From the IMG/VR virus record IMGVR_UViG_3300021092_002038, positions 1-64,000 of that record: DNA of 64,000 nucleotides. One strand, written 5' to 3'. Source of the DNA: a virus. The number at the start of each line of letters is the position of its first letter. The first letter of the stretch is position 1. The notes under the pieces were generated by a model that saw only the letters and a program-made list of their open reading frames with translations, ran no database searches and was not told the origin of the DNA. Both the position numbers and the translations under genes were made by a program. Below, piece by piece: positions 39,346 to 49,235 of this stretch.

Positions 39346-40119
39346 TCATATAAAAAAAGAATCGTTAATATTATTTTCGACATCAAAAGTCTGTATTTCG
39401 TCGGAATAAGTAGAAAGTTTTGGATATGGTAAAATTGGATGTTTTAGAGATTTTTTTAATTTTTTGTTTAAAATCTTATTGGATATAAATTTTATATATC
39501 TGTGTTTAGAACTTTCTTTCTTTCTCCAAAAAGTTTTACCTATTCTTTTTTTGAGATGTTCAATATTATGACTGCCCCACTTGGAAAACACCGTTCGACT
39601 GTGAATCCATTTATAATTTGGAGGACCATCTAAACTTATGCTATAATTAGGCATTAAACACAAACTATTGTTGCCTTGATATAAAAAGCCTGTAGCTTGA
39701 TATATGATTCCTGAGTGATTTACTTCTGAATCCGAATAACTTACCACCGATTTTATATGTGGAAAATCTTTATTTAATTGTTTAAAAGATTCTGCAATAC
39801 AATAACTTTCTATATTTTTACCATATCCGTCATGAATAAACAGTCTTACCAATTCAAATACTTCGTCTTTTGATAATAAATCGGATAATGAACTCGACAC
39901 ACTTCTTCCTACAGGTTGACTATAAACCACGCAACCAATTAATTTATCTACTGTGTCGTTAAAATATAAAAACTTCTCTTCAGTTTTATAAAAAATACCG
40001 TATGCTATCCTGCATAACGTCCATTTATGAGTATAATGGTTTTTTATAATAATATCTTTTGCTACTTTGCTGCTTATTGGTTTTAAATAAACTTTTTCAA
40101 CATCACAATATTTTTCCAT
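39346..40119 (-). CDS. mom: Mom-family adenine-modification enzyme (GNAT fold)
   Basis: IIKNHY, LIGCVVY, ELVRL, NIES and VSYSD...HSGIIYQATGFLYQG motifs, plus KHRY. Confidence 0.85.
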   Translation of the reverse strand: MEKYCDVEKVYLKPISSKVAKDIIIKNHYTHKWTLCRIAYGIFYKTEEKFLYFNDTVDKLIGCVVYSQPVGRSVSSSLSDLLSKDEVFELVRLFIHDGYGKNIESYCIAESFKQLNKDFPHIKSVVSYSDSEVNHSGIIYQATGFLYQGNNSLCLMPNYSISLDGPPNYKWIHSRTVFSKWGSHNIEHLKKRIGKTFWRKKESSKHRYIKFISNKILNKKLKKSLKHPILPYPKLSTYSDEIQTFDVENNINDSFFI

Positions 40120-40155
40120 TAATATATGATGATGAAATAAACGAAAAGGTCAATT

Positions 40156-40725
40156 TTATTTAATTTTTAAACTTCCTATATAACCGTTATTATGAGTTTT
40201 TATCGCATTACACTCTACTAAGAATGTGTTTCCGTTGTCTCCAACCATTCTATAAGTATCTTGATACATTCTTCCATCCGTTACACAATCGTTCCAATGA
40301 TCTACAACCCTTTCTCGATCTTCTTCATGTATTACGTTTTTCCAACCGTGTTCTAAAAAATAACTAATATCATGTTTAAATAATTTTGTGTATGCCGAAT
40401 TTACCCATATACATTTTCCGTCATCAGAACTTTCAAAAATAGGCTCTTCTCTGTTATCCAAAATCCATCTCTGTCTGTGAAATATTTTTTCTGTAATTTG
40501 TGTGTTAATCGCCATCTGTTCGGACAAATGATTTATTTTATCTTTTATAGAGCCACCGCCGTTAGGTATAACTTCTTTGAAAATAACGTCTAGTTTATTT
40601 TGAAACGATAATAATTTTTCATACTGTTTTTTTATCCATGTAATTATCCACGTAATCGTTTTATAAAGAGTACCTATCAACCCCAGTATTAGTATAGTGA
40701 TCTGTAAATTGTTTTCGATATCCAT
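40156..40725 (-). CDS. Membrane-anchored PAS-domain protein (holin-like N-terminus)
   Basis: N-terminal TM, then IPNGGGSIKD, then PAS motifs DDGKCIWVN and GWKNVIHEEDRERV...W...YRM. Confidence 0.75.
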   Translation of the reverse strand: MDIENNLQITILILGLIGTLYKTITWIITWIKKQYEKLLSFQNKLDVIFKEVIPNGGGSIKDKINHLSEQMAINTQITEKIFHRQRWILDNREEPIFESSDDGKCIWVNSAYTKLFKHDISYFLEHGWKNVIHEEDRERVVDHWNDCVTDGRMYQDTYRMVGDNGNTFLVECNAIKTHNNGYIGSLKIK

Positions 40726-40771
40726 ATATCAATTATAAATATAATTAATTTTTATAAAAGTTAAAAATGAT

Positions 40772-42745
40772 TTACCTTATAGGGCAAAATCCACCGTCGC
40801 ATTCTATTCCTTGAATAAGTTCTCCTGTAATAACTGTGTTAAAAATTCTGTGTTTTATTTTTTCCGTTCCACGGATATATTCTTCCTCTGTAATTTCTTG
40901 ATAAGGAGCTTGTTTGAAACCATGTTCTTTGTGTAATAAAAAACTTACACTTTTAATGTTTTGTTTATAATTTTCAGATAACCACTTTTTTAATTTTTCT
41001 AATTCTTCCGATTTATAATAAGCCGTAACACTAACTGCATTGTCACTCCAAATCGATTGCAATTTCTTTACCATTTCCAATTGTTCGATTACGTTCATTT
41101 CTTTAGCGAGAATAGCGCCTTCTGGAGTTTTACATGGAAAATATACAACTACCGTGTCGTGATTTTCTGATCCATCAAGGTTTAACAAATATTCCACGTG
41201 ATATCCGGAATCTTTACATATTTTTACTAATTTATCGCTAGAAGACATCCGGATGGTTCTCATGTAATATTTACTATATGACGGATGAATTCCAGGAGTG
41301 GCGCCTCCTAAAAGAGACAATGTGCCACTTGGTTTTATGGTGGTAAGTTTTATACTTTCAGGCCAACCTTTTTGTTTGCTCCATTCTCTATCAAATTTTC
41401 TCAACATTACATAAACTTTATCTAACCATTCTATTTTATTTAGTGATTGACAAATTCCTGTCACACCTAATCCCAACCTCATATTTTTATGAACAATTTT
41501 ATTAGTTTCGTCGTGGATAAAAGGAAGTGCAGCGATGGCTTTTTGAGTCTTATACAGTAATTTTGCACAATCAAAAAGTTCTTCTTGACTATCTATGTTG
41601 TTCAAATATAATTCAGATAAATTGCAACATTCATAGCTAGATAAAGAAATTTCTGAACAAGGGTTAGTGCCTATGACATTATCGACGTCAGTAGGATACA
41701 TTTCGTTTCCCTTTAACGGTCCATCTTTTAATCTTCCATACGTCTGAGATAATGGCAAATTAAACAATCCATAAGGTTCTCCATTTGCATATCCTGTTTC
41801 TTTGTTTACTATATATCCATTTTTCCACACTTCTTCCATTATATGTTCAAATTCATCAACATATATAGTGTTATTGCTCATAGCTCGCCAGTTTGGGATA
41901 TTCCCACTAGACCAATTTTTTGCTCTTAAATACAAAATATCATCAGGATCACCTAAAGCGATTTCAGCACTTCTTCTTACGTTTCCAGCCACTACTATAC
42001 TTCCAATAATATTACATACATCTAACACATCTACGCTTCTTAATTTTTTTCCTTCTCGATTTTGAAAAATAGTTTTTATTTTTTCTATACCTTCTACTAA
42101 AATTGCGGGCCCACTAGCTTTTCCACCAAAACCGTTAATAGGTTCGCCGGCTCCTCTAATTAATATGGTGGAATAATTAAATGATTTTCCGGTTTCGTAG
42201 AATGATTTTAAAACGTATTCCAATAGTTTAACCCATCCTTCTCGAGTATCAGGAACAATAAAATCCGCATCTTTAGTTAATTTGTGAATTACATTTACTC
42301 CTTTTTTAATTTTTGGAAGCTCGTGAACATCTTCTCGTCTAATGCTATAACCTACGCCGCCACCAAGCATTAAATTTTCAAACAAAAACGTAAACGCTTT
42401 TGGTTCATTAATACTTACATACCAACAATTCAATAAACTATTTGCGCCAAATCTATCAACTGTAGATGTTCCTAACTGCCATAACATTCTGCCTGCAAAA
42501 TTGCATTTTAAATTAAAAATTAAATCAAACAGTCTCTGTGCTTCTTCTTTTGTGTAGCTCGCTCCGAGTTTTTGAGCCCCGTTTATACAACGAGCCACTG
42601 TCTCATGCCACTCTTCGGTGTTTCCATCATCTTTAGTTCTGGCATAAGTTCTTTTGTATACGATATATCCTAGTCCGTTAAATCCCCAGTTAGGTTGTTT
42701 GTTCTTATAATTTTCCAAAAAATCTTTTTCAATAATCTCATTCAT
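40772..42745 (-). CDS. nrdJ: Class II (adenosylcobalamin-dependent) ribonucleotide reductase
   Basis: YKRTYAR, LLNCW, GGGVG, VRRSAEI, TNPCSEI, CCNL, TTIKPSGT and C-terminal CDGGFCP motifs. Confidence 0.95.
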   Translation of the reverse strand: MNEIIEKDFLENYKNKQPNWGFNGLGYIVYKRTYARTKDDGNTEEWHETVARCINGAQKLGASYTKEEAQRLFDLIFNLKCNFAGRMLWQLGTSTVDRFGANSLLNCWYVSINEPKAFTFLFENLMLGGGVGYSIRREDVHELPKIKKGVNVIHKLTKDADFIVPDTREGWVKLLEYVLKSFYETGKSFNYSTILIRGAGEPINGFGGKASGPAILVEGIEKIKTIFQNREGKKLRSVDVLDVCNIIGSIVVAGNVRRSAEIALGDPDDILYLRAKNWSSGNIPNWRAMSNNTIYVDEFEHIMEEVWKNGYIVNKETGYANGEPYGLFNLPLSQTYGRLKDGPLKGNEMYPTDVDNVIGTNPCSEISLSSYECCNLSELYLNNIDSQEELFDCAKLLYKTQKAIAALPFIHDETNKIVHKNMRLGLGVTGICQSLNKIEWLDKVYVMLRKFDREWSKQKGWPESIKLTTIKPSGTLSLLGGATPGIHPSYSKYYMRTIRMSSSDKLVKICKDSGYHVEYLLNLDGSENHDTVVVYFPCKTPEGAILAKEMNVIEQLEMVKKLQSIWSDNAVSVTAYYKSEELEKLKKWLSENYKQNIKSVSFLLHKEHGFKQAPYQEITEEEYIRGTEKIKHRIFNTVITGELIQGIECDGGFCPIR

Positions 42746-42853
42746 AAAATACGTCTGTAAAAAATAAATATTTTGTTTTTTTTAAAACTTTTAAAATACC
42801 ATAAAATTTTAAAAATAAATTCTGTTCGTTTTTATTTTTTCTTACTATGATCT

Positions 42854-44239
42854 TTAATTGTCATCATCTTCACTATCCATGTGCGATTTCCATTTACTTG
42901 CCATCATTCTTTTAACTACATTTTCACCTTCGTTCATTTCTTGAATAGCGGCGATACCATCTCTCGATTTCTCATCGAAAATTTGAATATCTCCACAGCC
43001 TGCGTTCATTCGGCTTGGAAAAGTCATTCCATCTGGACCAAAACGATTCTTGATAATATGAAATCTTGCGGTATTACTCACTTTGTCGTTTACTTTTCTA
43101 GAAAGACTCATGACAAAATCCGCCGTCATTATTTTTCTGTAGCTATCGCTGATGTTATTGGCTTGAATAATATCTTCATCCATTGCCGCTCTATTGCTTT
43201 GTGATGCGGTCCAGATTGGTATTTGCAATTCTCCCGCAATGCTTCTTAATTCTTCATATATTCCGCCCGCCTCACTATAACTATTAGAGTTCTTATCGGA
43301 AGAAGTTGGCTTTAAAATATCAGCATAATCTACAATTATCATGTCGATCTTGGTCCCTAAAGTTTGAATTCTTTCAGTATGAATTTTAAGACTGTGTGCG
43401 CTGACTGTTTTTAGTGGAAAATATTTGATTATTAATTTTCCAGGAATATTTGAAATTTTATCTTTAACAACATTTACGTTATTTCTAATATTTTGAAAGT
43501 CTATACCTGTAAAACAACTATCATATCTAAGCCCCACGTAGTTTTCATTTAATTCTAGAGTAAAATGTAACACGTTTTTTCCATTCTTCATTGCTTCTGC
43601 GCCGATTTTTGCTAATACCCAACTTTTACCACTGCCTGCACATGCCGTTATCACTCCTAACTCTCCTGAAGCTAATCCTCCATCCATTATAGCATCGACT
43701 ACTTCCCACGGAGTTCTCATCGTGTTTCTTGCCATTACACTCATACGATTGTCTATATCGATCATATAATCATGTCCGATGTTTCTTTCCATGCCTGCTT
43801 TCAACGCTTCTTGAACTACATGCGAAATTCTATCATAATGGCCTATTTTAATCAATTCGACGCTACTAAGAATAGCATTTTTCATTTTTTGATTTTTACA
43901 AAATTCTAAATACTGTTCCTTCACATATTTTATATCGCTCTCGCTTATTTTTTGATATACTAACTTTAGTTGGTCGACTACTGTTTTTTTAAGCAATTCA
44001 GTTTCGATTGTATCTACTTGAACTTTAAAAGCTGTCATCGTAGGTAAATCTTTATATTTTATAAAATATTCTACAATAGTTTTTACTATCCATTGGTGAG
44101 CATCCATTTCAAAGCTATTGAAATCTACAATGTCGTATATTCTTTCTAAAAAAGTCTTATCGCTCAAAAGACTTGAAATACATTTTAATTGAAAGTCGTT
44201 TCCGTATTTTTTAAGGTTGTTTATTATTTGGTTTTCCAT
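42854..44239 (-). CDS. Replicative DNA helicase (T4 gp41/DnaB-like)
   Basis: GGLASGELG, AGSGKS, FTLEL, IVDYAD, WTASQSNR and KNRFG motifs. Confidence 0.95.
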   Translation of the reverse strand: MENQIINNLKKYGNDFQLKCISSLLSDKTFLERIYDIVDFNSFEMDAHQWIVKTIVEYFIKYKDLPTMTAFKVQVDTIETELLKKTVVDQLKLVYQKISESDIKYVKEQYLEFCKNQKMKNAILSSVELIKIGHYDRISHVVQEALKAGMERNIGHDYMIDIDNRMSVMARNTMRTPWEVVDAIMDGGLASGELGVITACAGSGKSWVLAKIGAEAMKNGKNVLHFTLELNENYVGLRYDSCFTGIDFQNIRNNVNVVKDKISNIPGKLIIKYFPLKTVSAHSLKIHTERIQTLGTKIDMIIVDYADILKPTSSDKNSNSYSEAGGIYEELRSIAGELQIPIWTASQSNRAAMDEDIIQANNISDSYRKIMTADFVMSLSRKVNDKVSNTARFHIIKNRFGPDGMTFPSRMNAGCGDIQIFDEKSRDGIAAIQEMNEGENVVKRMMASKWKSHMDSEDDDN

Positions 44240-44365
44240 ATGAAGGTATCAATATGTAATTACAATACTATTATAAAAACAAAAGACAATTTTTTTTATG
44301 TCGTTTTACTATTTATAGTTGAAATCGGATGTATGATCCGCTTTCTACAAAAAGAAAGATAAATT

Positions 44366-45052
44366 ATGAATAATTATTACAATACTGTGGATGTAAATAT
44401 CCTTGTTAAAGGAAATCCTGTCGCTACCTATTTTAAAGACGAAAAAACTTATATAGAAGCAAAAGATGGAAGCGAATATGAAATTCAAATAAAAAATAAA
44501 AATTTCAATCGAATACTTGCTTTAGCTAGTGTAGATGGTTTAGATGTTCTGACAGGCGAACCGTCTTCTAACGACGATGGTGGTTACGTTATAAATCCAT
44601 ATGACTCATTTAAAGTTAAAGGATTTAGATACAGTAATGAAAAGGTGGGTTCGTTTAAATTTGTAAGCAATAAAAAATCGTCCGTCTCGAATCAAATTTT
44701 AAAAAATTGTGGAACTATAGTCGTAAAAATTTTTTGCGATGCATCCGCTTACACGTATACTGCCACCAGTCCCACATTTGTTAAAAATTCAGAAACATGT
44801 AATTTTGATATAAATCACAATTTAAACGAAAATTGCAGATTTAACATGGGTTCTACGTGGGGTTCTTCAAAAGAAAGCAAAGTAACCTCCACAGACTTTG
44901 ATCGAGGTTATATAATTCATTCATTTGAATTTCATTACGCGTCTAGAAATACGTTATTAGAAATGGGAGTAATAGGAAATTCAACTCCCAAAGTTTCTTT
45001 TCCTAAAGGTTTTATAAAATATGCCGTTCCACCCAAAGATTGGATAGGATAA
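44366..45052 (+). CDS. Conserved hypothetical protein
   Basis: YIEA...YEI.IKN, SVDGLDV.TG and GYVI...KGFR motifs. TATTTATA at 44310-44317 and a leader hairpin at ~44321-44345 lie upstream. Confidence 0.65.
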   Translation: MNNYYNTVDVNILVKGNPVATYFKDEKTYIEAKDGSEYEIQIKNKNFNRILALASVDGLDVLTGEPSSNDDGGYVINPYDSFKVKGFRYSNEKVGSFKFVSNKKSSVSNQILKNCGTIVVKIFCDASAYTYTATSPTFVKNSETCNFDINHNLNENCRFNMGSTWGSSKESKVTSTDFDRGYIIHSFEFHYASRNTLLEMGVIGNSTPKVSFPKGFIKYAVPPKDWIG

Positions 45053-45058
45053 TAATGT

Positions 45059-46132
45059 TTATTTTATAAAATTATCTAGTTTAGTAAACACTTCGCTGAG
45101 CCATACATTTCCATTTGGAATATTATTCCAAATTTTATCCTCTCGCATTAACCCTATAAATTGCATTCTATTTAATCTAGAAATTTGAGAATCTATTATT
45201 TCGTTTATTCTTAATTGTGTAAAACTTTGAATCTGAGTGTCATTCAACTGCATTAAATCATAATTTCTTTGTGCAACAGATTTGTTGTCTAAAATGGTAT
45301 CGTGCAACTTATATTTTCCCTTATGACTTTCACAGTAATTAAATATCTCATCCAAGCTATATCGATAATTATGTTCAAATATAGGAAAACACTTTTTTAT
45401 AGTTTTTAATCCTGCTCCGTATATTCCATCAATATTATCACTCACATCGCCTTCTAATACTCTATAATTTATGAAATTTTCACAACTTATTCCATACTCA
45501 GATAAAATTTCCGCACAACCATAAAGTTTTTTCTTTGTGGAACTCCAAATTTTAACTCGATTACTTGCTAATTGTAAAAAGTCTTTATCAGAAGACATTA
45601 TTGTAATATTACTGTCTTTAAATTTGTCTAATGACAAATATGCAATTACATCATCCGCCTCAACGTTATCTACACACAACACAGTTACAGGTAAGTTTTT
45701 TAAATAATCTACCGTTCTAATTAATTGTTTCTTTAAATTCTTTTCTTCGGTATCTGCATCGGCGTTATCTAAATAAGTTCTATTTATTCTGATTTTAGTT
45801 ACCCGTTTATTTTTGTAATCGGGATAGATTTTTCTTCTTTTTTGACTTCCTCCTGAACCGTCAAAAACAATTACGCATTTTGTAGGGTTAAAAAGTTTGA
45901 TGGCATATCCGATACTCTTTAAGAATCCGGATATGCCACCTGTGTGTATTCCATCTGCGTTCATATATGGTGATACGCAAAAACTTTTTATGAAAGTATT
46001 TAATCCATCAATTATTAATATATCCGACAGTTGATTTTTTTGTAATCCTGTTGTCGATGTTTCTTCATTTTTATTTACACTTTCAAATAAAGAATACAAT
46101 TTTTTTTTATCTGAAGAATTAATACTTTCCAT
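45059..46132 (-). CDS. 5'-3' exonuclease / RNase H (FEN-like)
   Basis: IIDGLN, VFDG, YK.KR, EADDVI, SSDKDFLQ and GDVSDNIDG motifs. Confidence 0.93.
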   Translation of the reverse strand: MESINSSDKKKLYSLFESVNKNEETSTTGLQKNQLSDILIIDGLNTFIKSFCVSPYMNADGIHTGGISGFLKSIGYAIKLFNPTKCVIVFDGSGGSQKRRKIYPDYKNKRVTKIRINRTYLDNADADTEEKNLKKQLIRTVDYLKNLPVTVLCVDNVEADDVIAYLSLDKFKDSNITIMSSDKDFLQLASNRVKIWSSTKKKLYGCAEILSEYGISCENFINYRVLEGDVSDNIDGIYGAGLKTIKKCFPIFEHNYRYSLDEIFNYCESHKGKYKLHDTILDNKSVAQRNYDLMQLNDTQIQSFTQLRINEIIDSQISRLNRMQFIGLMREDKIWNNIPNGNVWLSEVFTKLDNFIK

Positions 46133-46134
46133 TT

Positions 46135-47286
46135 TTACTCCTCGTCAGATTCGTCCTCATTAGTATCTACAACTGTATCGTCAACAATTATACTGTTCGG
46201 GTCTTTATATTTCATTATTACAGACTCAGATATTTTATTATACAATTCTTCCTTAAACAAAGGATCTTTTGTCATCATATCAACCAAATCTTTAGATTGA
46301 AACTGAATTTCTTCTCCATTTACTTTAGTATATTTATAATAAGCGCCGGCTTGTTTTATTATGTTTTGTTCTTTTAATACTTTTAACCAGCTCGCATAAT
46401 CCGCAATGCCACTATCAAAATAGATATCAAAACTTGCTTGTCGTTGTGGTGGCCCCATTCTATTTTTTACAACTTGTGCTTTGCATTCATTACCAATTAC
46501 TTCTTCTCCCTTTTTAAGTTTTCCAGTATTATTAAGCCTCACTCTAACTGAACAATGATAGGCTAACGCCTTACCGCCACTTACAGTATATTTGTCTCCG
46601 AATGCCATCGCATTGAGATTTTGTCTTAATTGATTAGTGAAAACAATCAATACTTTTTGTCTACCAATCATGTTAGTAATTTTTCGCATTGCTTTACTAA
46701 TAATAATTGATTTAGCCGTTGCAAATCCATCTTTGCCATGTTCGCTTTCTTGTTCAGTTTTAGTCGACGCAGCCGCCACAGAATCTACTATAATCGTAAG
46801 AATTCTATCTTTATTACTTTTTCTAACCACGGATATTAGTTTTTCCATCTGTTCAAAAATATCTTCTACCGTTTCGCATGGAGAATACGGAAGATTTTTT
46901 AAATCTACACCTAAGCTTTTCCAAAACTCAGGCGCGGCTGCATTCTCCGTATCGATAACTACTGCAATGCCACCTTTCTTTTGTGTATTTGCTACAATAT
47001 GAGCAGAAATCAAACTTTTTCCCGTTCCTTCTAATCCGTTAAATTCTACCATTCTGCCAACAGGAAGTCCTCCGTTTGGACGATTACTTATCGCTAAATC
47101 TAACAAAGATGAACCTGTGGAAATCCAGTCGGATATTGTGGAAGGATCGTCTTGATCATCTAAGAAATATACTTTTTTTCCTTCTTTGGAATCTTTATTT
47201 AAAGCATCTGCTAATTCAGATACTAATTCGTCTCGGTCTTGTTTAGATTCAATTGTTGCGTTTTTTGTACTTTTATTTTTTGCCAT
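46135..47286 (-). CDS. recA: RecA/UvsX recombinase
   Basis: ISTGS, GGLPVGR, GLEGTGKS, IDTE, VDSVAA, NQLR, SGGKAL and KNRMGPP motifs. An AAGGAG SD lies upstream. Confidence 0.95.
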   Translation of the reverse strand: MAKNKSTKNATIESKQDRDELVSELADALNKDSKEGKKVYFLDDQDDPSTISDWISTGSSLLDLAISNRPNGGLPVGRMVEFNGLEGTGKSLISAHIVANTQKKGGIAVVIDTENAAAPEFWKSLGVDLKNLPYSPCETVEDIFEQMEKLISVVRKSNKDRILTIIVDSVAAASTKTEQESEHGKDGFATAKSIIISKAMRKITNMIGRQKVLIVFTNQLRQNLNAMAFGDKYTVSGGKALAYHCSVRVRLNNTGKLKKGEEVIGNECKAQVVKNRMGPPQRQASFDIYFDSGIADYASWLKVLKEQNIIKQAGAYYKYTKVNGEEIQFQSKDLVDMMTKDPLFKEELYNKISESVIMKYKDPNSIIVDDTVVDTNEDESDEE

Positions 47287-47304
47287 AAAACTCCTTTTAA
47301 AAGG

Positions 47305-47333
47305 GGGGAGAGGCGAGTATTTCGCCTCTCCCC
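47305..47333 (-). terminator. Rho-independent terminator after the ssDNA-binding protein gene
   Basis: Stem-loop ggggagaggcga-gtatt-tcgcctctcccc followed by TTTT on the minus strand. Confidence 0.85.
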
Positions 47334-47354
47334 GTTAAGTTTACCAAATGTATA

Positions 47355-48176
47355 TTAACTATTAAACAAATTATCAAATGCTTTGGTAACGTCTTCAACA
47401 TTTGATTTTGCGGCGGTCGCGCTAGGCGATTTAGTAGTAGGATTTTTAGCTGCTTCAACTGCGGCCGTCTCTACCTCTTCGGCTGTAGGAACGGGTTCTT
47501 CAGTTCCGCCATTTTCGGCATCATTTGATGCCAACCAAGCTTCCATAACTGCCTTAAGCTCGTCATAACTAAGCTCAGGAAATATTTCAAGAAGATTTGG
47601 CTGACTGCTGATCATTGAAACCATTTCTTTATTATTTGGATCAACCGCTGGAGAAACGTTTGGCTTAACTCTGATAGCCGTCTCAGGATATTGTTTACCC
47701 GTCTCATTGGCCGTCTTAAACTCTACAACCACGTCACGTCCCTTAACTAGATCGGTAATGTCACCAAAATCTGGATCTGCGATGATTGCCAAAATCTCTT
47801 GGTATACATTCTTACCAAATCCCCAGAACTTAACACCTTCAAATTCTTGTCCACGGACAATTACTGGAGCAAAAGTTCTCATTTTTGGTTCAATTTTTCG
47901 ACCAAACTTCCATTCCTCTTTATCTCCGCTTCTCTTTAGCTTATTGGAGAATTCTACAATAGGATCTGGTCGATTGAAAGAATCTGGACTCAAATAAGTT
48001 TTTCCGTTAAGTCCATAATGAAACTTCAATTCAATAAATGGGTTTTCAATATTGTGCTTGTAGGGAACGATTCGAATAACTTGTTTACCAGGTGATGGTT
48101 TCCAAATTAAATTGCTTTTGGTATTGTTTGAAAATGAGTTCAAACGACTCTTAATTTTTTCTATGTTTAATGGCAT
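47355..48176 (-). CDS. Single-stranded DNA-binding protein (T4 gp32-like)
   Basis: IWKP, IRIVP, NPF, DPI, GVKFWGFGK and DITD..GRD motifs, with an acidic tail ending FDNLFNS. Confidence 0.9.
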   Translation of the reverse strand: MPLNIEKIKSRLNSFSNNTKSNLIWKPSPGKQVIRIVPYKHNIENPFIELKFHYGLNGKTYLSPDSFNRPDPIVEFSNKLKRSGDKEEWKFGRKIEPKMRTFAPVIVRGQEFEGVKFWGFGKNVYQEILAIIADPDFGDITDLVKGRDVVVEFKTANETGKQYPETAIRVKPNVSPAVDPNNKEMVSMISSQPNLLEIFPELSYDELKAVMEAWLASNDAENGGTEEPVPTAEEVETAAVEAAKNPTTKSPSATAAKSNVEDVTKAFDNLFNS

Positions 48177-48278
48177 AATGTTATTTTTTAATTTTTAATT
48201 AGTAAATAAGTTAATTATTAACTACTCTGTTAAGTATTTTCTTATCACCAATAAATAGTATCGTATACTAGTATTCAA

Positions 48279-49193
48279 TCAGTTGGAAGTTATTTTAACT
48301 AAAATTTTTTTAGAATAATTATATCTATAAAATTCACAGTTTAGATGTGAGATTATTTTTTTATGACGTGCTTCATCTTTTTCAGTTAGTTTACCGTTTT
48401 TATAATGCCTGGGCTCATCGTATTCTACCACAATATTTTTATCTTTGTCGTATCCATCAACCCAATATCCCAATTCTTTTATATAATACTCTCCACCATT
48501 CATTGCATGAATAAGATTCCATCCGTTTTTAATATTAAGTTCATCCAAATAACGGCACGCTTCTATATTAAAATTTGGAGCAGATTGTCCATTATATAAT
48601 TGTTCTCGTCGTTTATTATGAGACATTCTTATTTTATTGCGTACTTCGTCTCGTTTAGCCGGATTTAATTCTCCTGTTCTTTTTCCTGAATTTGATCCGC
48701 TTATTTTTTTCTTAGCATCCTCTGTGTGATGTTTTCCAAAAAAAGGATGTCGTGTTCCTGATCGACCCATACATGGTGCATTATCTCCAGAATTTGATTG
48801 GCTTATTTTTTTCTTAGTATCTTCTGTGTGATGTTTTCCATACATCGGATGATTTTTTCCACAATTTTTTAAACTTATTTTATTTTTAGTTTCGTTTGAT
48901 AATTTTTTACCAATTTTTATGTCACGCATTTTATTTTTAGACTCCACTGTATGTTTTTTACCGTACATGGGGTGTTTTTTTCCAGAAAAATCTCTACACG
49001 CCATACAATTTCCGTTTAATCGGCGTATCAAATCCGTCTTCAATCCGTAAAACATAAAGTTTTCACATTTTTTACAACGTCGGAAATATTTTCTTTTTGA
49101 ATCGACTAAAATATATGGATAATTTTTTGTTCTGTCAAAATTAATATAATATTCGATTTCATTATATTTAATTTTGGTCATGTTAATTGACAT
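48279..49193 (-). CDS. Free-standing homing endonuclease (NUMOD3 repeats plus PD-(D/E)XK/Vsr-like domain)
   Basis: Three HP(M/F)(Y/F)GK(K/H)HT...K repeats, then GGEY, YWVDGYD and VVEYDEPRH. Confidence 0.85.
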   Translation of the reverse strand: MSINMTKIKYNEIEYYINFDRTKNYPYILVDSKRKYFRRCKKCENFMFYGLKTDLIRRLNGNCMACRDFSGKKHPMYGKKHTVESKNKMRDIKIGKKLSNETKNKISLKNCGKNHPMYGKHHTEDTKKKISQSNSGDNAPCMGRSGTRHPFFGKHHTEDAKKKISGSNSGKRTGELNPAKRDEVRNKIRMSHNKRREQLYNGQSAPNFNIEACRYLDELNIKNGWNLIHAMNGGEYYIKELGYWVDGYDKDKNIVVEYDEPRHYKNGKLTEKDEARHKKIISHLNCEFYRYNYSKKILVKITSN

Positions 49194-49235
49194 AAAGCTT
49201 AATCGTAATTTATCATAATAAAATAACCGCGTAGA

